Source of the DNA: Cyanophora paradoxa CCMP329
Lineage: Eukaryota; Plantae; Glaucophyta
Direction of reading: 5' to 3'
DNA length: 64,000 nt
Assembly: GCA_004431415.1 (NCBI GenBank)
Contig: QPMI01000159.1
Location: 1-64,000 of the forward strand
Shown: one piece after another, positions 61,483-64,000 of the stretch
How positions within the stretch are numbered: position 1 is the first letter of the stretch
How the letters are laid out: the number at the start of each line of letters is the position of its first letter
Made by a program: the position numbers and the translations under genes
Notes under the pieces: model-generated
The model's database searches: none
What the model was told of the DNA's origin: nothing
What the model saw: only the letters and a program-made list of their open reading frames with translations

Positions 61483-62507
61483 GCGTTCAGCGCGCGAGCT
61501 GCCGCGGATTCTTTCAATAAACAGAATTCGAATTTGCAATTGAAGCTATATTTTCTAAGAGCTTGACTGCATGTACGCATATCGATATCGTTAATGTGAA
61601 CGTAAGTTGCCCTTAGATCCGGGGGAAGGCGCGCGGCGGCCGCGGGAAGGGAGGGGGGGCCGGGGGGAAGGGGGGCGGGGGGGCGCCGGCGGGGTCGCAC
61701 GCGTACGAGCACGGTGTGCTAGCGCTGGAGGGCGGCTGGGGCCGAGCATAGGGAGGGGAAGGGGTGGGGGGTGGGGGATGGGGGTGGGGGGTGGGGGTGG
61801 GAGTGGGGGTGGGCGATGGAGGGTGGCGGGGGCGAGGCGCTGGATGCGCGGGCGGGGTGTGCATGCTGGAGGGCCGAGGGCGACATGTACAGGGGCATGC
61901 GCAGGGCGCTAGCGATATCGATGGGCGGTGGCGGGGGTGGCGGGGCTCTGTCCATGGCCATGCATATGGCCATGGGTGACGGCGGCCGGGGGGTACCTGT
62001 GAAGCGCTAGCTAGCTATAGGCTGGAGGGCGGCGGCGCGGGGGCGGGGTGCGCATGCTGGAGGGCGGGGGCGGGGCGCTGGAGGGCGGGGCCGGGTCGAG
62101 GCGCTGGTGCTGGAGGGCGGCGGCCACGAGCGGCGCCGGCCGGATCCGGAGGCGGGGTGCTGGAGAGCTCGCCGCGGCCGAGTACTAGTCGAGCAGCGGG
62201 GGCGGGGCGCTCGAATTAGTTTGCGGCGGCTATCGATATCGATGCATGCGCATTAAATCGAGATCTCGCTATACCACAGGGTTAGCGGCTACGAGGCCAG
62301 AGCTCGCGTCCGACGGTCTTCGAATTGGGCGTGCGCGTCGCCCGCCGGCGCGCCCTTCCTCTTGCGGTTGGCACTTTCCCTCTCCCATTGCTGCCTAGGA
62401 CCTAGGAGATGAGGGAACAACGAACGCAGCGCTAGCGCTAGCCTCGAAATTCGAAGACGGTCAGGGGTACGCCCTCAAAAACTTGGCGCGACCAAGGCCC
62501 GGTATCG

Positions 62508-64000
62508 ATGGCGAGCGCGGGCGTGAAGCGCGTGTCGAAGCAGCTTATTGAGGCGGAGGATGCAATTCCTTCGGAGCTCACGAAGCCCGCCTGGGGCGCC
62601 GGCGCGCGGGACGGCTTTCTGCGCGACGCGAAGGCGGCGACGACAGCGGAGGATCTGAAGAGCGCGCTTAGCTCGTTTGTCGAGGTCTGCTCTGTCCCGT
62701 CGCGTCGCGGGCCTGCCTGACGCATGTACGGGCAGCACCTGGACCACAGCGCCCTCGACAGCGCGGCGAGGAGCGATCTGCTGGCAAGCATACAGCGGAC
62801 GAGCACAGTGGAGGGCGTCGGAGAACGCATCACAGAGCTGCTGAACGCGACCCGCAGCGCTGCGGTCGCGGAGGGCGGCGTGTGCGTGTTCGCGCCCGCT
62901 CTCCCAAGCCCGCGGGAGGCTCAGCGTCTCGCGCAGGTCGAGGCGCGAATCGAGGCCGGCGGCCGGCCCCTCGGGCGTGCAGGCCGGGGTTCGCCCGGGG
63001 GCCCCCGCCGGCCCCGCCGGCCCCGAGCCGCCCCGCTGAGCGGGCGAGCGGCGCGCAGGGCCCGAACTCGAAGGCGGAAGACAGGCAAGCGGGGGACTGG
63101 TCGAGCGATGAGGGGGAGCCCGGGGGCGGCGAGGAGGACGGGGAGGAGGACGAGGACGAGGAGGACGAGGTGGACAGCCGGCGCGGGAGCGACCACGAGG
63201 AGCCGGACCTGAAGGCCTTTGGCCCCACGCTGGCCGCCAAGGACACGCGCACCGGCCGCTTCGTGCTCCCCCGCTCCGGCATCTGGGCCGCCGGCCTGAA
63301 CAAGGCGCGCGGGGCCGGGGCGGGGCCGGGGCTCGGCGACCCGCCTCCCGCCTCTCTCCACGGCTGATCGACGCGCCCCAAGCAGAACGGGCAGCTGGGG
63401 ATCGGGAGCGTGCGCTCGCAGCGGGGCCTGGCCTACGTCGCGGACCTCGACGGGCGCCGCATCGCCAGCATCGCCGCCGGCGCCTCCCACTCCATCGCCA
63501 TCACCGCCGCGTCCGCCCCTTCCTGTTCTCTTGGCCGCCCTCGCTGAGGGCGGGGCGGCAGGGGCCAGGTGTACACGTGGGGCGCCAACGCGGCGGGCCA
63601 GGCGGTGCACAGGGGCGTGCTGTACCAGCCGCGGCCCAAGGCGCCCGTGCTCCTCTCCTCGAAGCACACGCAGTTCGTCTCGGCGGCCGCCTCCGCGACC
63701 GTCTCTGTCTTTGCGTCTCTCGAGGGCGCCGCCTTCGTGTCGGGCGGGGAGGGGCCCCTGGGCGCCGCCGGGCGGCACGAGGTCAACGCGGCCGTGCCGC
63801 TGCCGCTCGGCACGCGCATCCGCTCCGTCGCCTGCGGCGCCGCCCACTTCCTCGCCCTTGCCTCCGACGGCGTCGTCTGGGCCTGGGTGCGCCCCGCCCG
63901 CCCCGCCCGCCCGCCCGCCCGCCTCGGCCCGTCCGCGCTCTTCGGCGGCCCACGCGGCGTCTCGCAGGGCTCAAACGAGTACGGGGCGTGCGGGCAGCCG
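62508..64000 (+). CDS. RCC1-repeat protein, 5' part
   Basis: AAGLNK|NGQLGIG, IASIAAGASHSIAIT, GQVYTWGANAAGQ, IRSVACGAAHFLALASDGVVWAW|GSNEYGACG; acidic linker. Confidence 0.88.

Overview
GC-rich, intron-dense eukaryotic nuclear DNA; most ORFs in the supplied track are GC-bias artefacts and the real genes must be spliced by hand. Gene style, the F-box/LRR type and the hybrid histidine kinase suggest a protist or alga, tentatively a glaucophyte such as Cyanophora (inference only). About 17 spliced genes are supportable: WD40 (partial), CBM20-FN3-coiled-coil protein, three hypotheticals, RPL21, a secreted DUF4397 protein, an OSBP-related protein, HemK2/N6AMT1, F-box/LRR, a ~10 kb membrane hybrid histidine kinase with two receiver domains, an ICME-like esterase, two tandem LamG-TM-RING-H2 ligases, NADAR, a small Zn-finger gene and an RCC1 protein (partial). 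Mobile DNA includes three hAT-type non-autonomous elements with perfect 8-bp TSDs. The strongest novelty candidate is a poly(A)-tailed, 5'-truncated retroelement family present in three copies: it has TSDs and a 3' UUCG stem-loop, and its visible ORF is a C2H2-finger, Pro/Ser-rich protein with no RT. Other oddities are frequent GC-AG introns, 6-15 nt microexons, two unrelated introns starting with the same tRNA-like/B-box 16-mer, a sense-strand GTACCCC motif, and intergenic DNA built from overlapping short palindromes.
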